This document shows positions 51,956 through 55,830 of a DNA stretch of 55,830 nucleotides, piece after piece. Origin of the DNA: a virus (lineage: Duplodnaviria; Caudoviricetes); the IMG/VR virus record IMGVR_UViG_3300030102_001765, positions 1 through 55,830 of that record. The stretch is one strand, 5' to 3'. The notes beneath the pieces were generated by a model. The model searched no databases. It saw nothing but the letters and a program-made list of their open reading frames with translations, and was not told where the DNA came from. Positions within the stretch are counted from its first letter, which is position 1. Each line of letters opens with the position of its first letter. The position numbers and the translations under genes were made by a program.

Positions 51956-52423
51956 CTATGTTAGACGTTTAGTTACCTCGGCGTGTACGTCTGCGTACAC
52001 TGCCGAATCTACAATCAGGGATACACCCTCGATTGTCTTCGTGTCAGAACCCACAGTAATGTCTACACTCGAACCATCTTTACGTTCGCATAGATAGTAA
52101 TACTTGGGGTTCTTGCATCCAATCATGCACAAAGCACCAGTGCCAAGTTCTTTCTCGACGTCATTGACCCAACCACCCACGATGGAAAAGATACCTTTCT
52201 TGCTTGCGTCAATGCTATCAACTGCCTTAATCCAAAACGGACGAAAGCTACCTCGACCTTTCTTCTTTGGCTTGGACGTAGAGCCACCGACCATTGCATC
52301 CATCTCGGATTCTGTCAGCACTCCGTCATCCACCACACGTTTACCAATCGCAGTAATCAGTTCACGTTTCTCGTCTGTACTCATGGCTGAGTACAGTTCC
52401 ATGATTGTCTCAATCAGTTTCAT
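51956..52423 (-). CDS. Hypothetical early protein
   Basis: RBS GGAGGT. Confidence 0.7.
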   Translation of the reverse strand: MKLIETIMELYSAMSTDEKRELITAIGKRVVDDGVLTESEMDAMVGGSTSKPKKKGRGSFRPFWIKAVDSIDASKKGIFSIVGGWVNDVEKELGTGALCMIGCKNPKYYYLCERKDGSSVDITVGSDTKTIEGVSLIVDSAVYADVHAEVTKRLT

Positions 52424-52598
52424 CTTTTACCTCCCAAATGTTTTCTAACGTCCAATCGTGTCCGTCATCTGTCTTCTCCCAATGAGGGTCTGACGTCCTA
52501 TCGCCACGTGCTATCGCCCACGCCTCGTCTTCGGTGTCTGCCTCGATAACAGTGGCATATCCCACGTCCATCGTAGCGGTCACTTTATATTTCGGCAT
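52410..52598 (-). CDS. Hypothetical early protein
   Basis: RBS GGAGG; MPKYKVT..IEADTEDEAWAIA motif common in phage micro-proteins. Confidence 0.65.
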   Translation of the reverse strand: MPKYKVTATMDVGYATVIEADTEDEAWAIARGDRTSDPHWEKTDDGHDWTLENIWEVKDETD

Positions 52599-52770
52599 TG
52601 TCTTCCTCCTCCCACTTCTTGAGCAAGTCCTCTGCAACTGCACGATGCAGAGAACCTTTCTTGTTTTCGATATACTTCAAAGCTTGCTCGTTGGTCATGC
52701 CGTAATCGTTCAAGCATGTGTACAACATAGTATCCACTTCGGGCATTACAGCGTTTGCTATCTTACTCAT
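52585..52770 (-). CDS. Hypothetical early protein
   Basis: Overlapping operon arrangement; start taken at MSKIAN. Confidence 0.55.
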   Translation of the reverse strand: MSKIANAVMPEVDTMLYTCLNDYGMTNEQALKYIENKKGSLHRAVAEDLLKKWEEEDNAEI

Positions 52771-53278
52771 GCTTTGCCCCCACTTTGAAAGAGATGTCAC
52801 AATACTCGCCAGTCTCTTCGTCTAGGTAGAAGAAGTCTTTGGCTAGCATGTTGGCAATCTTCTGCCTCACGAGGTTCGGTGCTTGCGAGCCCTTGTAGAT
52901 GAACCCACCGCCCTCGGCTACGTCTGCAACATAGCGTGAGATAGTAGCAACAATCTCTCGCCAATCATGTGGGTCATAGAAAGCTTTGCCACCATTCACG
53001 CTCGGTGCTTTTCTCATTTCGAGAAGTGTGTGCTGAACCACTGGCTTTGAATACGCAGACGGCGTCTTCGCAACTGGGTTCGTAGCCTCCCATGCTGACT
53101 TGGTTGTCGCCCTCGTATACACAGTCGTCTTGCGTGTAGACTTCTTCTTCGCCTTGGATTTAGGTTTGCCACCGACAAACTTTGCGATGTCATCCTCAAT
53201 GACCAATGGCTTTTCTTCTTGCAAGCCGTAGTCGGCAAGCTTTTTATCAACGATTGTTTTCTTTATGTCTGAACTCAT
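52763..53278 (-). CDS. Hypothetical early protein
   Basis: RBS GGAGGT; basic central segment. Confidence 0.7.
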   Translation of the reverse strand: MSSDIKKTIVDKKLADYGLQEEKPLVIEDDIAKFVGGKPKSKAKKKSTRKTTVYTRATTKSAWEATNPVAKTPSAYSKPVVQHTLLEMRKAPSVNGGKAFYDPHDWREIVATISRYVADVAEGGGFIYKGSQAPNLVRQKIANMLAKDFFYLDEETGEYCDISFKVGAKHE

Positions 53279-53453
53279 AGTCCACCTCCATACATATTAG
53301 TTTGATTGCATTGTAATTCGTCGACCTCACACGTTGGTCAACAACTCTATGGGCAACCTCCAACCAAAACTTGGTATGCCAACCACGTTTCGGAAAGAGG
53401 CTGAACCATTCCGTACGTACCACTGTGGTACGTTTCCGTTTACCTCGACGCAT
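53247..53453 (-). CDS. Hypothetical early protein
   Basis: Overlaps both neighbours on the coding strand. Confidence 0.5.
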   Translation of the reverse strand: MRRGKRKRTTVVRTEWFSLFPKRGWHTKFWLEVAHRVVDQRVRSTNYNAIKLICMEVDYEFRHKENNR

Positions 53454-55389
53454 TGAGCAATAGAGAATTGTCTACGACAAACCTCTCTCCCAATAGGATA
53501 CGTGCAAGGTTATCCATGCCAGCATGTGCAAGCGTCTCCACCGAATCCACAACTGTGTACTTCGGATAGTATCTCTTCACACTGTCTGTCTGAATACCGA
53601 TGCCAAGACACTCGATGTCTTCGGCAACCAACTGATTGACGGCATCTCGGCAATGTTGGTCGAGAGCATGGCTGTCACCACTCGCACAAGGCATGCCGTC
53701 TGACAAGACGAACATAATCTTGCGACGCTCACTCCTTGGCTTGAGTCTGTCTCTCGCATACAGGATTGCCTCGCCGTCTGAATTGTTGCCACCCGCCATG
53801 TCTGCGATAGTACCGAGCGAACCCTTTGCCTCGTACAGACGTTCTTCAAATGCCTTGAAGATGTACATGTCCAAGGGCTCGTATCTGCTGAAACTACCAG
53901 TGCTTTCGGCTCTGATGGAATGACGAGTGCCACTCTTGTGACTAGTACGATTGTTGAAACCCAACACCTCGTACTTGATAGATGTTCGGTCAATCGCCTC
54001 AATCATGGCAATGGCACACTGCATAGCAACGTAGGCTCTATGGCTTGCCATCGAACCCGATAGGTCAATCAAGAACGTGACGGCAGTATCCAAGTCTTGT
54101 CTCTCGGTACGCAACTTGAACACGTTGGGCTTGCTGTTGTACGCACCAACAAAACGTCTGCTATCGAGACGACCTTGCTCCTTGGCATAATCCCAATCTC
54201 GGTTCTCACGAGCAAGCAAGGCACGTTCAAGCTTTCGTCGCATGACATTGACATCGCCAGCCATGCCAGCAACTTGCTTGTCATACTCGTCTGCCGTACC
54301 CTTTGCCATCCATCTGCCAAGCGTTTGACGTGAGCCGTACTTGGTTGGCTCGTCAAGTCTGTGATGCCACTTGTCACTGGCAGTAGACAACGGACGATAC
54401 GAACCACGACCACCCTCAAGCAACTCGGTTGTCTTGCGTAGTTCCTTGACCACACAATCCCTGACGTCGAATTGTTCGTAGACCTCTACGTCTTCGGACT
54501 CTTCGGGTTTCGTCTCCGTGGTAGCATCACCACGTTCTCCGCCTCCATACTCGTTGCCGTGTTTGTGTCCGTCGTCTGGCTTGCTTTCCTCTCCACCACT
54601 CGAAGGGTTGTCGCTTTCGCTCCCATCTCCGTCAGACCCCTCATCAGCAGACCCATCGCCTTTCTCCTCTGATGGGGCTCGACCATCATCTCCACTCGTA
54701 GGTTTATCCCCTTTCGTAGCTCGACCATAAGGCTTATCAGTTTCTTCATTGGCATCTGCCTCCTCTCGTAGTTCACGTTCGATAGTTCTTGCAAGGTCAA
54801 CAATGTCCTTGCTGTTTCTGCATGCGTCGATAGCCTTGACCCACACTGGCAACTTCTTGCGAAGATTGTCACTGCATACGTCAAGACATTCGCCACACGT
54901 CTCGCCACCATATCCCTTGCGACCCTCCCAAGTGATGGCAACTGGTGCAAGGAATCTGTCGTCTTTCAATCGCTTGTCCGTCTTGGATACGTTGTCGAGA
55001 AACTCTCGATTGACCGCAGACGTAGTTGCTCGCAAGTTTTTCTCGCTCCCAGGATAGTCACGCATGACTCGTCTCTCCAACCACACGTCTTCGAGACCAT
55101 TGGCTAGTGACTTGAGCAGTACGTTGTTCTCTTTCGCACACTCATTGAAGAACGAACGAAGAGCCTTGAAGTTCGTGTGCTTGACGTGACCACTCTCATG
55201 GTCAACGTAGCCACGAATAATCTCGGCAGTGGCATCATCAACCTCTGCATTGTGGTCAATAGACGGCAGATAGATGGTCGAACCATCCGTCGCCGCTCCG
55301 TCGCCTTGGAACACGACGGATACGTCTTGCTTTCTACCGAATACGGATGAGGTCTTTTGAACCTCGTGTGTGAATAAATCTCCTCTCAT
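53440..55389 (-). CDS. CobT-like protein (N-terminal HExxH domain, acidic linker, C-terminal vWA)
   Basis: RGYVDHESGH, NGLED, GRLDSRR, MIDAS IDLSGSM, NSDGEA, VLSDGMP, GIGI. Confidence 0.9.
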   Translation of the reverse strand: MRGDLFTHEVQKTSSVFGRKQDVSVVFQGDGAATDGSTIYLPSIDHNAEVDDATAEIIRGYVDHESGHVKHTNFKALRSFFNECAKENNVLLKSLANGLEDVWLERRVMRDYPGSEKNLRATTSAVNREFLDNVSKTDKRLKDDRFLAPVAITWEGRKGYGGETCGECLDVCSDNLRKKLPVWVKAIDACRNSKDIVDLARTIERELREEADANEETDKPYGRATKGDKPTSGDDGRAPSEEKGDGSADEGSDGDGSESDNPSSGGEESKPDDGHKHGNEYGGGERGDATTETKPEESEDVEVYEQFDVRDCVVKELRKTTELLEGGRGSYRPLSTASDKWHHRLDEPTKYGSRQTLGRWMAKGTADEYDKQVAGMAGDVNVMRRKLERALLARENRDWDYAKEQGRLDSRRFVGAYNSKPNVFKLRTERQDLDTAVTFLIDLSGSMASHRAYVAMQCAIAMIEAIDRTSIKYEVLGFNNRTSHKSGTRHSIRAESTGSFSRYEPLDMYIFKAFEERLYEAKGSLGTIADMAGGNNSDGEAILYARDRLKPRSERRKIMFVLSDGMPCASGDSHALDQHCRDAVNQLVAEDIECLGIGIQTDSVKRYYPKYTVVDSVETLAHAGMDNLARILLGERFVVDNSLLLNASR

Positions 55390-55399
55390 GTTTACCTCC

Positions 55400-55830
55400 C
55401 TAGTTGAAGATTCTGTCTACGATACCATTCAACACGGCTCTGTCTTGAGCCGAGCATCTGTCGAGAACAACAGTCTCGATGGCTTGTCGCACACCAAGCT
55501 TGTTGTCTCCACTTGGCATCAGTGAAGTGAATGTGTGGATAGCATTGGCTAGAGCAATGTAACCACGTGGCGAAATGGGTTGCATGACCTTGGACGTCGT
55601 GAACGCATTGATATGCTCGGTCACATACTTGCTGACCTTGTTGACCATTGCTTTGTCCAAGCTTGGCACGGAAGACTTGATAAGTTCCTCACGTTGCTTG
55701 GCATCCATGTACTCGACGTGAATCCAAACCTTGAATCGGTCAAGCAATGCCATGCTCTGTGGTCTTGCACCTTGGTACATGCCGAACTCGTCGCCTTGAC
55801 CAACTGTGTTGCCAGTCGCAAACATACGAA
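55400..55830 (-). CDS. CobS/MoxR-like AAA+ ATPase, 3' part
   Basis: FATGNTVGQGD..ALLDRF..ISPR; in frame with 1..1502 across the circular junction. Confidence 0.9.
   Translation of the reverse strand, partial: RMFATGNTVGQGDEFGMYQGARPQSMALLDRFKVWIHVEYMDAKQREELIKSSVPSLDKAMVNKVSKYVTEHINAFTTSKVMQPISPRGYIALANAIHTFTSLMPSGDNKLGVRQAIETVVLDRCSAQDRAVLNGIVDRIFN
55731..55830. repeat. Terminal direct repeat, copy 2
   Basis: Duplicate of bases 1-100. Confidence 0.95.

Noticed and set aside
55731-55830. 100-bp terminal repeat as a biological DTR
   Set aside because: It falls mid-gene, and the cobS-like ORF reads through after collapsing it; typical assembler circular overlap
53440-55830. Cobalamin biosynthesis auxiliary genes
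   Set aside because: No cobN or pathway context; gene symbols withheld
1-55830. tRNA or rRNA genes
   Set aside because: No cloverleaf or T-loop signature seen in the short intergenic regions

Overview
The window is an essentially complete, circularly assembled ~55.7-kb dsDNA phage genome (bases 1-100 recur at 55731-55830) with podovirus-type architecture. It is probably a temperate phage of a marine proteobacterium; the host is inferred, not shown. The + strand 3.6-40.5 kb encodes terminase, portal, a tail-fibre cassette array, scaffold, major capsid, tail adaptor/nozzle, a GNAT, three ejection proteins, a 3193-aa polyvalent protein and a lysis cassette. Positions 40.5-47.4 kb hold recombination/replication genes (Cas4-like nuclease, SSB, Sak4-like ATPase, primase-helicase, resolvase), with no recognisable DNA polymerase. 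Positions 47.4-50 kb hold a cluster of very basic micro-proteins around a DUF1415-like gene. The - strand from 3.2 kb back through the origin to 50 kb holds early genes, a CobS/CobT-like AAA+/vWA pair and a tyrosine integrase. The main observations are: a recurrent GGACGAC-N18-TANNNT candidate late promoter with a candidate HTH/Zn-finger activator; the basic micro-protein operon; ART, zincin and E3-binding-like domains in the giant protein; a cupredoxin-like motif in the tail fibre; an EF-hand membrane protein beside the holin; nested inverted repeats after the primase; and GATC avoidance. All family calls come from motif recognition by eye, not from database searches.
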